From the NCBI GenBank assembly GCA_002329485.1, contig DCTZ01000028.1:2393-66392 (forward strand): a stretch of 64,000 nt of DNA. Direction: 5' to 3'. The DNA is from Bacillales bacterium UBA1427. Its GTDB lineage: Bacteria; Bacillota_I; Bacilli_A; ML615J-28; CAG-313. Positions 48,422 to 58,668 of this stretch are shown here, piece by piece. A program made the position numbers and the translations under genes. How positions within the stretch are numbered: the stretch's first letter is position 1; each line of letters begins with the position of its first letter. The notes beneath the pieces are model-generated. The model was not told where the DNA came from. It did no database searches and was given only the letters and a program-made list of their open reading frames with translations.

Positions 48422-49807
48422 CTATATCTTTCTCATTCTTTTCTTCATGATTTGCAGGGCAAGAAGCGGATCTTCTTGCGACAAAAGTCCCATTGCGGCT
48501 AGGATATAATCCTGGTCGATTAAGTATTCCGGATGCAAGGGACGCAGTTCCATCCGGTTGAATTCGTGATTGGTCATCTTGGATAAGATATAACCCGGAT
48601 CCGCGGAGTTGATGACCACCGCTCCGGTTCCGATGATATATTTTATTTCGCTTAAGTCTTTTCCGGTCTGGTAATACATCATACCGAGCGGAGTATATAC
48701 TTCTTCCATTTTTCCGCAGTGGCGTTCCATCGCTTTGTCGGCGCAAACCCCCGCAAGAATCTTTTCGATTTCATCTTCTTTTTCGGTTTTCGGCAAATCT
48801 TCCACGTGTTCGTGGTGGTATTCGCATTCTTTGGCGATGTCGATTCCAAACGTCCGGTTGATTCTTTCCTGTTCTTCTTTGCTTAAGACGCTTAGGATTC
48901 CCATGGCCGAATAGCGCATGCCGAGATCGCCTTCCACGGTGCGTTTGGCAAACGGTTCTTCCAAACCTTTGACGATAACATTGCTTTTGGTGGTATTCGG
49001 AGGGGACATCGAATAGACATCGGTGGTGGCGCCGCCGATATCAAGCAGTACGATTTCGCCCAAGCCTGGTTCATCCAAATAACCTTTGGACAACAGTTCC
49101 GAGGCTTGCAACACCGCATCCGGTGTCGGCTGAACGACTTTGTCGATTTCGGTTTCGATTTTCTTGATGCCTTTGGCAAGGATAATCCGTTTCAAAAAGA
49201 TTTCCTTAATCTTTTCTTTGGCACTGTGCGGATTTAAGACATTAAGACGCGGCATGACGTTTTCGCAGATATAGCCGTCGATTTGGTACTTCCGGAAGAT
49301 TTCTTCGATTTCGTCCTGACAGCTCTTGTTTCCCGCATAAATCACCGGAATCTTCACGCCGATTTCGCCTAAGACTTTGGCGTTGTGGAGGACGCAGTCG
49401 GAATTTCCGCCGTCCGTTCCGCCCGCCAAAAGCACGATATCGATTTTTTTATCGATTATTGCCCGTAGTTCTTTTGCGGTGCAGTAGTGCGAGAAAACCA
49501 AATCGACTTTGGCGCCCGCGCCTAAGCAGACACGTTTTGCGGCTTCGACGGTCAATTCTTCGACGAGGCCGATTGCGGCCATCTTGAGACCTCCCGCAGC
49601 GGAAGAACAGGCAATCTTTCTGTCAAACTCGATTTCTTTACCGATTTTTTGGTAAAGTTTGGCCAAGGCTTTTCTGTAGCCCACGGTGATATCGGTTGCG
49701 ACAGTGGTGAAGGAGCTGGCGGTGGCGATGATATCTCCTTTTTCTTTATCGACTGCGGTTAACTTGGTATAAGTTGACCCGAAGTCGATCAGCAGATAAT
49801 AACGCAT
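48422..49807 (-). CDS. glmL: Glutamate mutase accessory protein GlmL/MutL (ASKHA ATPase)
   Basis: N-terminal [10 protein letters not shown]; the start MRYYLL is at 49807. Placement between glmS and glmE matches Clostridium operons. Confidence 0.8.
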   Translation of the reverse strand: MRYYLLIDFGSTYTKLTAVDKEKGDIIATASSFTTVATDITVGYRKALAKLYQKIGKEIEFDRKIACSSAAGGLKMAAIGLVEELTVEAAKRVCLGAGAKVDLVFSHYCTAKELRAIIDKKIDIVLLAGGTDGGNSDCVLHNAKVLGEIGVKIPVIYAGNKSCQDEIEEIFRKYQIDGYICENVMPRLNVLNPHSAKEKIKEIFLKRIILAKGIKKIETEIDKVVQPTPDAVLQASELLSKGYLDEPGLGEIVLLDIGGATTDVYSMSPPNTTKSNVIVKGLEEPFAKRTVEGDLGMRYSAMGILSVLSKEEQERINRTFGIDIAKECEYHHEHVEDLPKTEKEDEIEKILAGVCADKAMERHCGKMEEVYTPLGMMYYQTGKDLSEIKYIIGTGAVVINSADPGYILSKMTNHEFNRMELRPLHPEYLIDQDYILAAMGLLSQEDPLLALQIMKKRMRKI

Positions 49808-49808
49808 A

Positions 49809-50213
49809 TTATTCACCCAAATCGTGAGCGATATCGTCCAAAGCTTTTTCAATCGGCGTTCCAGGCGGATATACCCGGTTAAAGCCCATCTTGAGGAATC
49901 GTTGTTCGACTTCTTTGAAATCCTGTTTTCCCACAACGATATTTCCGCCTACATACAAAATAATATCGCCGATTCCGGCTTCGATGCATTTTTCCCGCAT
50001 GCCCCGGCAATCGATTTCGCCGTGTCCGTAAAGGGACGATACCAAAATCATGTCGGCATTCGTTTCAATCGCAGCATTGATAAAATCTTCTTGCGAAGAC
50101 AGAACGCCTACGTTTACCACGTTGTATCCTGCGTGTTTTAAGGTGTATTCGATAATCTTGTTGCCCACCGCATGCACGTCGGCACCAATAACACCTATTA
50201 CAATTGTTTTCAT
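49809..50213 (-). CDS. glmS: Glutamate mutase S (sigma) subunit, cobalamin-binding
   Basis: 134 aa with the B12-binding motif DVHAVGNK. Confidence 0.9.
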   Translation of the reverse strand: MKTIVIGVIGADVHAVGNKIIEYTLKHAGYNVVNVGVLSSQEDFINAAIETNADMILVSSLYGHGEIDCRGMREKCIEAGIGDIILYVGGNIVVGKQDFKEVEQRFLKMGFNRVYPPGTPIEKALDDIAHDLGE

Positions 50214-50249
50214 ACTATTCTCCTTTGCTATTATTGAAAGCGTTTTACA

Positions 50250-50282
50250 ATTTCATTATACTATATCGGTTAATATTATTCA
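50250..50282 (-). promoter_or_regulatory. Candidate sigma-A promoter of the glm-mal-cit operon (TTGAAT-17-TATAAT)
   Basis: The minus strand reads TTGAATaatattaaccgatatagTATAAT, about 40 nt upstream of the glmS RBS AAAGGAG. Confidence 0.4.
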
Positions 50283-50522
50283 ATACAGCAGTGTAAAGAT
50301 TATGTTAAATTTCCGTAAGTTTTTCGACAATTACTAGAAAAGGATGTTCTTTTTATAAACACATTGTGAAATTTTCGCTTAACTATTTTTAATAATCCAA
50401 CGCTTTTTTGCCGAAGAAATTTAAAAATTTTTAAACAAGAGACATTTTTTAATTACCAAAAACCTTGTATAAACCTTGCAAGTATGTTAACATTATTGAT
50501 AGTAATAAACGGGAGGATATCT

Positions 50523-51167
50523 ATGAAAATCTTTATTGATACAGCTAATGTTGACGAAATCAGACAGGCATGGGATTTGGGGATTATCGACGGCGTTACC
50601 ACCAATCCGACATTGATTATGAGAAGCGGACGCGACTTGGTAACCACTTTAAAGGAAATCAGCGAGATTGTCGACGATTGCATTTCCGGCGAAGTTATCA
50701 GTTTGGATGCGGAAGGAATGATCAAAGAAGCCCATGAACTGGTGAAAATCAGCCCAAAAATTGTCATTAAAGTGCCGATGACCAAAGAAGGTTTGAAGGC
50801 CACCAAGCAGCTTGCCAAAGAAGGAATCCGCACCAATGTGACCTTGATTTTCTCGGCCAACCAAGCACTCTTAGCCGCAAAAGCCGGCGCTACTTTCGTT
50901 TCTCCGTTCCTTGGCAGACTCGACGACATCAGCCAGGAAAGTCTTATTTTGATAGAAGACATCAAACAAATCTTTTCCAATTACAACATCAAAACCGAAA
51001 TCATCTGCGCCAGCATCCGTTCTCCTTTACACGTTTTAAACTGTGCCAAAATCGGTGCGGATATTGCCACTGTTCCTTATAAGACTCTTATGGAAATGTT
51101 TAACCACCCGTTAACCGATATCGGTATCGAACGTTTCCTTCAGGATTACGCCAAGTCCGCCAAGTAG
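50523..51167 (+). CDS. Fructose-6-phosphate aldolase / transaldolase (Fsa/TalC family)
   Basis: Starts [13 protein letters not shown] with RBS GGAGG; contains the Schiff-base lysine block (IVIKVPMT). Confidence 0.85.
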   Translation: MKIFIDTANVDEIRQAWDLGIIDGVTTNPTLIMRSGRDLVTTLKEISEIVDDCISGEVISLDAEGMIKEAHELVKISPKIVIKVPMTKEGLKATKQLAKEGIRTNVTLIFSANQALLAAKAGATFVSPFLGRLDDISQESLILIEDIKQIFSNYNIKTEIICASIRSPLHVLNCAKIGADIATVPYKTLMEMFNHPLTDIGIERFLQDYAKSAK

Positions 51168-51183
51168 TTTTTGCCCAAAATAG

Positions 51184-51219
51184 AAAAGGCACCTTGTTCG
51201 CCAAGGTGCTTTTTAATTT
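51184..51219 (+). terminator. Bidirectional terminator between fsa and gerAB
   Basis: aaaaGGCACCTTGttcgcCAAGGTGCttttt. Confidence 0.55.
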
Positions 51220-52328
51220 GCTTTTTGTTTTTTTGTCTGGTTCCTTCGGAAGAAAGAAACCAACACCAAAAGAAACGGTATGATGATTTCGAAGATTAAA
51301 TTCACATATCTGATAATGTATTTGATCCGAAAATCGAGAAGTAAAGTATAGTTTTTGGGTGCGAAAAGACAGATTCCAAAAACAATCAACAAGGAAGCAA
51401 TAAGTAAAATGTTGGGTTTTTTTAGCTTAAAGACATAGTTTAACATATATTTGGTTGTGCTAAGCAAAACGGCCAGTTTGATGATAATCAAAACCATCAT
51501 CACGTTGATGACGATAATATCGAACCTTTGCACAAATACCGCAAACTCAATCCTTCTGGTGATTCTCAAAGACGGATGAATATCGATGGTCATCGCCACG
51601 GGTCCCAAAATAATGATATTCATTAAAGTGATAAGCAAAAGAACCACGCTTGCCATTATTAGGCCGTACACTCCGTAGCGGTAATTTTTGTCTTTCTGTT
51701 TTACGTATTGGTAAATTCCGAACAAGGCAAACAGTTCCCCGAACGGGATGGCATAAGACATCAGAAAAGCGGGTTTTATCACGGGACCGAACCCGTATTC
51801 TAAAATCGGAAAGATGTAGTTTAGATGTATTCTGTTAAAAGACATAATCAGACCGGAAAAAGAGACAAAGATAAAAAGCGTGATATAAAACAACATCGTC
51901 GTAAAACGCGCAAAGACTTCGACCCCTTTGGAAAGCAGATAAAACAATAAGGCAAGAACCAAAAGCGAAAACCAAAGCAATTTGACTTCCTGTACCAAAA
52001 AAATATTTACGACCTCATAGATATCCCGCAGGTTGAAAAACACCAAGCACAGAAAGTAAAGGGGATAAACGAGAAAAAGAATATAACAAACGGGTTTGCT
52101 CACGACATGCGTCACGGTATCGCCGAAGTCTATACCCGAAACATTTCGGAAAAGCAACGTGTAAACAAAATAAATTAAAACCCCTCCGACTGCCCCGATG
52201 ATTATCGGTATCCACAGATTGTTGGTTAATTCTTCGGCATAAAATCCCCGAATCAAGTCGTTCGCAAAAACATACATAAAAACAATTACCCAAAATTGAC
52301 CGCGGGATATTAGTGTTTTTTCTTCCAT
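51213..52328 (-). CDS. gerAB: Spore germination protein, GerAB/GerKB family (APC-type permease)
   Basis: 371 aa, 10 TM helices; third gene of the ger operon. Confidence 0.75.
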   Translation of the reverse strand: MEEKTLISRGQFWVIVFMYVFANDLIRGFYAEELTNNLWIPIIIGAVGGVLIYFVYTLLFRNVSGIDFGDTVTHVVSKPVCYILFLVYPLYFLCLVFFNLRDIYEVVNIFLVQEVKLLWFSLLVLALLFYLLSKGVEVFARFTTMLFYITLFIFVSFSGLIMSFNRIHLNYIFPILEYGFGPVIKPAFLMSYAIPFGELFALFGIYQYVKQKDKNYRYGVYGLIMASVVLLLITLMNIIILGPVAMTIDIHPSLRITRRIEFAVFVQRFDIIVINVMMVLIIIKLAVLLSTTKYMLNYVFKLKKPNILLIASLLIVFGICLFAPKNYTLLLDFRIKYIIRYVNLIFEIIIPFLLVLVSFFRRNQTKKQKAN

Positions 52329-52337
52329 AAAGACCTC

Positions 52338-53480
52338 TTATTTTGATCTTGTGCGGTCAATCGTGGTTTCGAATTGATACCGGACTTTGATGGTCGGAAA
52401 AACCGTATCATATCGATCTTTGATGCTTTGATAATACTCCGGGTTTGTCTGATGGATGGTTTCACAAAAGCCGAAGATATCGGCGTTATATTTATTCTGC
52501 GCCGTAAAAATCGCCAAGTCCATCAGACGCCTAAGGTCTTCGTTGATTTTATCTCTGATTTGATTCATTTCGTTTGGGGCAATTTCTACCGGAACCGCAA
52601 CATTCATCTTATGTTTCAAAATAATAGTCGGTTCGCCTTTCTCTAATTTAAAACTCATTTTGCAGGAAGTGTTTTTTACCCCCACATATATTAATTTGTT
52701 GTTGTGTTCAATGTGCAAAACGGTTTTTTCGATTTTATCATATATATGGCGAAACCCCAAAGACTCTTCTTCCGACAGCCAGCCGAGCATTTTATCGTTT
52801 TTGAAAACAGCGATGGTCGAAGCTTTTAACCTCATTTCGGGATCCGTGGTTTGGGTTGCTTCGTTGTCTTTGCCTTTTTCTTTATCGCCCACGATGGCAA
52901 TGCTCGAAAGAGTCAGGCAGATATTCGGCAGCTTGAGCGCCGTCACGATTTCGTCGATGAAAGTGATTTTGCTTACCCCGTAAATCTTTTCAAAGTTTTC
53001 CAGTTTCGATTCCACCGCCACCGCCGGGATATTGTGAAGCAGCGACCGCATTTTCAAAACGTCTTCCGCTTTTTCGTCGTGAGCCACCACCACATTGAAA
53101 TTGTGCTGCGTCTCCCAATAATGGACAAAAAATTCGATATATTCCTCGATTCCCTCTTGGGCAAGTTCCGCACCGATGACCAAACACTGAATATGGAAAA
53201 TAAACAACCGGTTGACCGAAAAACTGGCCAGTTTCAGATAAGCGTCGTAAACTGTTGCGCCCTCCTCGGAAAAGATTACCACCGGGGAACTTTGGGTTGG
53301 TTTGCTGCCGAGGACATAATCGTTTACGGCCTGAGCCGAAACTTTGACCCCTTTTTCCGATTTGTCGATACCCATCGCAATAACCGTGGTATATTCGCTG
53401 ACATCCAGTTTTTTGCACCCCGAAAGCATCAATAATCCAAAAGCAATTATCAACAAGATATATATTTTCTGTTTTTTCAT
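52338..53480 (-). CDS. gerAC: Spore germination protein, GerAC family lipoprotein
   Basis: Signal peptide with lipobox LSGC; 380 aa. Confidence 0.75.
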   Translation of the reverse strand: MKKQKIYILLIIAFGLLMLSGCKKLDVSEYTTVIAMGIDKSEKGVKVSAQAVNDYVLGSKPTQSSPVVIFSEEGATVYDAYLKLASFSVNRLFIFHIQCLVIGAELAQEGIEEYIEFFVHYWETQHNFNVVVAHDEKAEDVLKMRSLLHNIPAVAVESKLENFEKIYGVSKITFIDEIVTALKLPNICLTLSSIAIVGDKEKGKDNEATQTTDPEMRLKASTIAVFKNDKMLGWLSEEESLGFRHIYDKIEKTVLHIEHNNKLIYVGVKNTSCKMSFKLEKGEPTIILKHKMNVAVPVEIAPNEMNQIRDKINEDLRRLMDLAIFTAQNKYNADIFGFCETIHQTNPEYYQSIKDRYDTVFPTIKVRYQFETTIDRTRSK

Positions 53481-53488
53481 AATCGCTC

Positions 53489-55117
53489 CTAGTAAGGGTA
53501 TTCGGCCGAAATGTTTTTGTTCCGTCGGAAGATCTTATTGATTTTGCCTCGGATTAGCGAATCTTCCATTCCGGAAGCGCTGAACGGCGCATAAGGCGAC
53601 AGATAGTTGAAACCGAAACTTCGCAAACTGCATAAATGGGTTAACAGTGCCAGCGAAGCAAGCGTTACCCCGTACAATCCCCCAAGTATCGCCGCAATCA
53701 AAAACAGATACCTTAACACCGTCAGAGTCAGATTCAGGAAGTAATCAGGAATGGTTAGGGAACAGATTGCGGTAATGGTTACGACGATAACGATGATTGA
53801 AGAAAAGAGTCCTGCCTGTACCGCCGATTCGCCGATGATAATCGCTCCCAAAAACGATAAGGACGATCCCAAGGATGTCGGCATCCTGGTCCCCGATTCA
53901 CGCAGTAAATCAAAGAAAAACATAATCAGCACGATTTCCAAAAAACCGGGAAACGGCAGGGCGTTTCTTTGCCCAGCAATACTCAAAAGCAAATCGATGG
54001 GCAATAGTTCCGAGTGAAAATGAATCAGCGAGATATATATGGCCGGCAAATACAGCCCCACGAAAAAAGCGACAAACCTGGTGTAACGGACAAACGAAGC
54101 GATATAGCCTTTCATGTAATAATCTTCCGGCGACTGCAGCGCCTGAACGAAAAGCATCGGGGCCACAAGCGCAAAAGGCGAACCGTCCACGAGGATGGCC
54201 ACTCTTCCTTCGAAAAGACTTGCAACGACGGTGTCGGGTCTTTCGGTGCTGAAAATTGTCTGGAACATCGTCCATTGTTTTTCTCTCAAATAAAAAGAAA
54301 CATATTCCGAATCCAAAATGTTCTCCGCATCAATCCCCTCAACCCGGGTTTTCACTTCCTTAACCAATTTGGGATCGGCAACCCCGTGGATATACATTAC
54401 CACCACGCTCGTGTTGGATTTTTTCCCCAAGATATATTTTTCCATGCGAAAGTGGGGGTTTCGGATTCGGCGTCGAATTAAACAGACATTGGTCGAAAGC
54501 GATTCGTTGAAAGCTTCGTTGCCGCCTTTGACCGACACTTGCGCCATCGGTGCTTCGATTGCCCGTTCGTTTTTGATTTTCGCATCGATCAAAAAGCATT
54601 TTTTAACGCCTTCCACCAGAATAATGACATCCCCGTTCAACAGCGTAATAAACAGTTCCCCGAATTCTTCGGTATTCCGCACCGATGATAAAGTCATAAT
54701 AAAGTTGTTGAAGTAATCGAAGGTGCTGTCTTGTTTATCCTGCTTGGGGATATTCCGATAATTATCGGAAATGGTTTTCAAAATCGATTCGTCGATGATT
54801 TTTTTGTCGCTGACGCCGGAAATATATACAACCGCAATCCTTTGTTTGTCCCAAGCATTTTTCAGATGCATTTGCCGGATGACCAAATCGAAGCAATTGC
54901 CCTGAACGGCTTTGATATAGGCAATGGTATCGTCGATACTGTCATACAGGGGTTTGTTCAAATAAGCGACTTCGGGTTCTTCGGCCATTTGCAACAATTT
55001 TTCGGTATCGCTGCTTGGCCGGATGTACTTTTGGGCTGGAGTGTTTTCCGAGGTTTCCTTTCGCTTGGGCGGTTTTGATAAAAGAATTCGCAGTGCCTGA
55101 AAAAAACTTTTCTTCAT
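53489..55117 (-). CDS. gerAA: Spore germination protein, GerAA/KA family
   Basis: 542 aa with a soluble N-terminal domain and a C-terminal 5-TM domain. A possible sigma-G-like promoter (GAATA-18-AATAATA) lies at 55120-55160. Confidence 0.8.
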   Translation of the reverse strand: MKKSFFQALRILLSKPPKRKETSENTPAQKYIRPSSDTEKLLQMAEEPEVAYLNKPLYDSIDDTIAYIKAVQGNCFDLVIRQMHLKNAWDKQRIAVVYISGVSDKKIIDESILKTISDNYRNIPKQDKQDSTFDYFNNFIMTLSSVRNTEEFGELFITLLNGDVIILVEGVKKCFLIDAKIKNERAIEAPMAQVSVKGGNEAFNESLSTNVCLIRRRIRNPHFRMEKYILGKKSNTSVVVMYIHGVADPKLVKEVKTRVEGIDAENILDSEYVSFYLREKQWTMFQTIFSTERPDTVVASLFEGRVAILVDGSPFALVAPMLFVQALQSPEDYYMKGYIASFVRYTRFVAFFVGLYLPAIYISLIHFHSELLPIDLLLSIAGQRNALPFPGFLEIVLIMFFFDLLRESGTRMPTSLGSSLSFLGAIIIGESAVQAGLFSSIIVIVVTITAICSLTIPDYFLNLTLTVLRYLFLIAAILGGLYGVTLASLALLTHLCSLRSFGFNYLSPYAPFSASGMEDSLIRGKINKIFRRNKNISAEYPY

Positions 55118-55179
55118 ATTATCCCTTTTCCTTTAGTTTATTATTGACGGTTTGAGTTTTTCGTATTCACTTCGAAAAC

Positions 55180-55213
55180 AAAAAATGGCAGAAGTCAGAC
55201 TGCCATTTTTTTA
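55180..55213 (-). terminator. Bidirectional terminator after the nudix gene
   Basis: aaaaaATGGCAGaagtcagaCTGCCATttttttt. Confidence 0.5.
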
Positions 55214-55217
55214 TTAA

Positions 55218-55706
55218 TCAATAATCCAAAGGATCTTCTTTGATTTCGCCCAAATAATCGAAATCGTGCTCGTATTTGCACAGGTACTTTTTGAATTCCC
55301 CTTTCAGCATTCCCGGCAAAAAGTATTTGATGTTCCCCGCAATCCCCGAATTTTTTTCGTTCAAAATCCAATCGATTCTTTTCCAATCGATGATGCCTTC
55401 CGCCGTTTTAACGGGCGTCGGTTTTTTTAAGCCTTCCGGGATTTCGGCCAAAAAACAATACATTCCACCGAGAGTTTTAGGATCGTCGCTTACAATCCAG
55501 CCAACATGGGCCAAACATCTGATATCTTCAGCCCAAATGCCGCTTTCTTCGAACAGTTCCCTTCTGGCGCTTTCTTCGGGCGTTTCGTGAGGTTCGATGT
55601 GACCGCCGAGACCGTTCCATCTTCCCATCCAGGAAGGATTATCGCGGTTGATCAATAAGATTTCGTCTTTGCATTTAAGAAAGATGAGCGTATATTTCAG
55701 TTCCAT
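55218..55706 (-). CDS. NUDIX hydrolase
   Basis: Nudix box GGHIEPHETPEESARRELFEESG. RBS GAGGT. Overlaps the ribokinase 3' end by 32 nt. Confidence 0.8.
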   Translation of the reverse strand: MELKYTLIFLKCKDEILLINRDNPSWMGRWNGLGGHIEPHETPEESARRELFEESGIWAEDIRCLAHVGWIVSDDPKTLGGMYCFLAEIPEGLKKPTPVKTAEGIIDWKRIDWILNEKNSGIAGNIKYFLPGMLKGEFKKYLCKYEHDFDYLGEIKEDPLDY

Positions 55707-56649
55707 TTTTCGCGACCTCTTTTTCGTATTCTTTTACAACTCTTTCTACTTCCTCAATATTCGGGAAAGCATCCAAACAATGCTTCCTGGTGACGCTTAA
55801 ACCGGATGCAACAATCGCAAAAGCAATCGCTTCGACGATTTCGTTTTTTAAAGCAAGCTTATAGGCAAGGGCGCCGTTGAAAGCATCTCCCGCTCCGGTT
55901 GTATCGATTACTTCTTCGCTTTTTAAGGCAAGAGCCGGAAAATGACGGAAGGTGTTGTTCTGATACAACAACGCTCCCTCTGCTCCCAAAGTAATCACAA
56001 GTCGGCTGAATTTGCTTGCTTTTATTCTTTCCTTCAATTTATCCAACGATGCATCGGACGAAACACCGAAAAGCATTTTGGCTTCGCCGAGATTAGGTGT
56101 AAGCAAGAAGGCTTGATTCAAATAAGGGATTGCCTCTTTATTGAAAGGAGCGGGATTGATGACGGTTTTGACATTGTGTTTTTGAGCAAGCATCAAACCC
56201 GTTTTGATAAAGGAAAGGGGATATTCCAATTGCATAAGCAAAATGTCGCTATGGGCGATTACCTCTTCGTAAGGCAAAAGCATTTCGCCGGAAATACAGT
56301 CCGAAACGCCGGGATTAACAATCACCGAGTTTTGTCCGTCCTGCGAAGTTAGAATGGAAGCAATGGCCGTTTTTTGGTTTTTTACCTGGGTGACAAAAGA
56401 GGTAACACCGGCCTCTTTCAACGTTTGAAAGATTTTTTCTCCGAAGGCGTCCCGCCCCACAAAGGTAATAAAGTTGACGCTTGCGCCGAGTCTTGCCAGG
56501 GCGACGGCCTGATTGAAGCCTTTTCCGCCCGGTTCTTCGTGGACGTGTTTTGCCAAAACCGTTTCGCCGGTTTGGGGAAGGCGTTCCAGTTCAAAAAAGA
56601 GCGATTGTCCGCTTAATCCGATGACGGTAACCGTTGGTTTGTTTTTCAT
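55675..56649 (-). CDS. rbsK: Ribokinase / PfkB-family carbohydrate kinase
   Basis: Contains GG motifs and the DTTGAGDAFNGAL anion hole. The start is probably MKNKPT, 8 nt after GGAGG. Confidence 0.75.
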   Translation of the reverse strand: MKNKPTVTVIGLSGQSLFFELERLPQTGETVLAKHVHEEPGGKGFNQAVALARLGASVNFITFVGRDAFGEKIFQTLKEAGVTSFVTQVKNQKTAIASILTSQDGQNSVIVNPGVSDCISGEMLLPYEEVIAHSDILLMQLEYPLSFIKTGLMLAQKHNVKTVINPAPFNKEAIPYLNQAFLLTPNLGEAKMLFGVSSDASLDKLKERIKASKFSRLVITLGAEGALLYQNNTFRHFPALALKSEEVIDTTGAGDAFNGALAYKLALKNEIVEAIAFAIVASGLSVTRKHCLDAFPNIEEVERVVKEYEKEVAKNGTEIYAHLS

Positions 56650-56721
56650 AACCATAACCTCCACCCTTTATGATTGATGGGGGTAAGTTTTACCCCCACC
56701 TGTTTTTTTATTTACCGGTTC

Positions 56722-58494
56722 TTATTTTACTTCCTGAGTCGGGTCAAAACCCAAGCGTTTCAAGGTTTCCACGACATACGATTCGCGGTATTCTTCTTTC
56801 GGATCGCGGCCCAAATAAGATTTAAAGAATTCTTCGCAGGCCTGTTCGTAAGGAATACCGGCGATGTTGGCGATAATTCTTGTGCTTCTGTCAATCAGTT
56901 TCTTGTTGGTCGGAAGCACCTGAATCATCCAGTTGGACCAGACACGGCCCATTTTGGCCATGGTGGCGGTGCTTAAAATATTGAAGGCAAGTTTGACAAG
57001 CAAATGGGTCATCAGATCGGTGCAGGTTCTCGGAACTTCCACCGGAATGTGGATTTCGTTTTCCAATAGTTTCGTATCCGGAATATTACCCAAACGGATG
57101 ACGATGCCGTCGTCGAATTTGTGGATATTGTTGTGGTACCATTTCATGACTTCCGGAGTCGCCGAACCGTTGATGTCGATGCAAACCAAACGGGCCGGAC
57201 GGCGGGAATACCGGGACGGATCGTCGATATTTCCGATGTTGTATTGTTCGACTTCGCTGCTGGCAACTTTCGGCGGATTGTTGATGATTGCTTCGCTTGC
57301 CTTTAGGCGTTTATAGTCTTCTACGGTCCAGTCCAAGCCTTTGATCGGACGGCGGAACACATGTTGCCAGGCCACGGTATTCGGATAAAGCGGATCCTTC
57401 GCATAAGCCCAGCTGACCTGCGCTTCGGTATCGTTGAATTTTTTAAACGGCGGAAGCGTGAATGTCGGCTGACGTTCGGTGGTGTCGGTCAGAATATCGA
57501 GCAAATAGTCATGGGTAATATATGTAATCAAACCGTTTTTTTGGTAAGTTTCGGTTTCGTATTCGACGGCTTTAGCCAAACCTGCTAAAGCTTTTCCGCC
57601 GGATAAGGCTTGATTCAGTTTCACGAATTCTTTGACATATTCCTGCAAGTCCAATGCCGGAACGCCCACGACTTCCAATTCTTCCGGGGTCAGGTTTTCT
57701 TTCAGCCATCTGCCGCAAGCCACTTCGATGGCGGCCCCGACGGTTAACAGTTCCACGGTCGTTACCTGCATTCTGGTCGAACCGGCAATCGCCATGTTGC
57801 CGACGAAGCAATTGATTTTGATGATATTGTCACGTTCGAAAACCATACGGCAGCGTTCTAAATGATTGACCAGGATTTCTTTCGGGTTGCAATAGATATA
57901 GTAAGTCGTGCAGCACTGTTTGTCGGCTTCGATGACCGAACCGTTGATGCTTGCGGAAAGACCGCATTCCGCTAGGCCAACGACAACATCGCCGGGTCCG
58001 ACTTTCGCGTCGATAATCTGTTGGGCGCCGAATGTCATATAGTCTTCAAAGTTTTCCACAGATCTTACTAAAGCGCGGTCGCCGCCGGTTGTAAGACTGT
58101 TGGAGACTTCGCTGATTTCCAAAAATTCCTTTCTTCTGGCCGGTAGTTTTTGAATGAGGGAAGTCCAGAAATATCTCCACGCCGCATCAAGTTGCAAAGC
58201 CAAACGGCCCGAAGCACCGACGCTTGAGAAAAGAACGGTTCTTCTTTCGTCGATTGCCCGTTTGATGTCGGAGATTAAGCGCTGAAATTCCGGTGTTTCA
58301 AAAGCTTTGGATGCGACAACGGGGATTTCGCTGTCGGCCGATAAAATCATCTTGATTCCCTGGGCGGTATCCTTTGAAATCACAAAACTCAAGTTTTTGG
58401 TTTTGGGATTCGGCTGTTCGGTCGGGATTACACCCAAATGGAATTGCTTTTCGTTTTCGATGAAATTGCGTGCGGCCTCTTTATAATTTAACAT
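56722..58494 (-). CDS. Double-SIS-domain protein (GckR / MurNAc-6-P etherase-like sugar-phosphate binding or isomerase)
   Basis: 590 aa. The N-terminus (..LGVIPTEQPNPKTKNLS..) resembles the MurQ/GckR family start. RBS AGGAGG. Confidence 0.5.
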   Translation of the reverse strand: MLNYKEAARNFIENEKQFHLGVIPTEQPNPKTKNLSFVISKDTAQGIKMILSADSEIPVVASKAFETPEFQRLISDIKRAIDERRTVLFSSVGASGRLALQLDAAWRYFWTSLIQKLPARRKEFLEISEVSNSLTTGGDRALVRSVENFEDYMTFGAQQIIDAKVGPGDVVVGLAECGLSASINGSVIEADKQCCTTYYIYCNPKEILVNHLERCRMVFERDNIIKINCFVGNMAIAGSTRMQVTTVELLTVGAAIEVACGRWLKENLTPEELEVVGVPALDLQEYVKEFVKLNQALSGGKALAGLAKAVEYETETYQKNGLITYITHDYLLDILTDTTERQPTFTLPPFKKFNDTEAQVSWAYAKDPLYPNTVAWQHVFRRPIKGLDWTVEDYKRLKASEAIINNPPKVASSEVEQYNIGNIDDPSRYSRRPARLVCIDINGSATPEVMKWYHNNIHKFDDGIVIRLGNIPDTKLLENEIHIPVEVPRTCTDLMTHLLVKLAFNILSTATMAKMGRVWSNWMIQVLPTNKKLIDRSTRIIANIAGIPYEQACEEFFKSYLGRDPKEEYRESYVVETLKRLGFDPTQEVK

Positions 58495-58610
58495 AAATAC
58501 CTCCTAATGTATTTACCGAAAAGGTAATTTTAAATAGCCTTTCAATATTTAAATTATATCATACCCCCCTATTCAATGCAAGCAAATGCAAACGCTACTT
58601 TCAATTTCCA

Positions 58611-58650
58611 AAAACGAAAAAAGTTCTTTCGGGAAGAACTTTGGGTTTTA
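58611..58650 (-). terminator. Terminator after the CDF transporter gene
   Basis: aaaaAAGTTCTTtcgggAAGAACTTtgggtttt. Confidence 0.45.
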
Positions 58651-58668
58651 AAGATAAAGAAGAAAAAA

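Noticed and set aside
56668-56702. Strong hairpin GGGGGTAAgtttTACCCCC with a plus-strand T-run between the SIS gene and the ribokinase
   Set aside because: Its terminator polarity is for a plus-strand transcript, but no plus-strand gene is upstream. It is more likely incidental, or a weak bidirectional terminator for the minus-strand SIS gene. I did not call it a feature.
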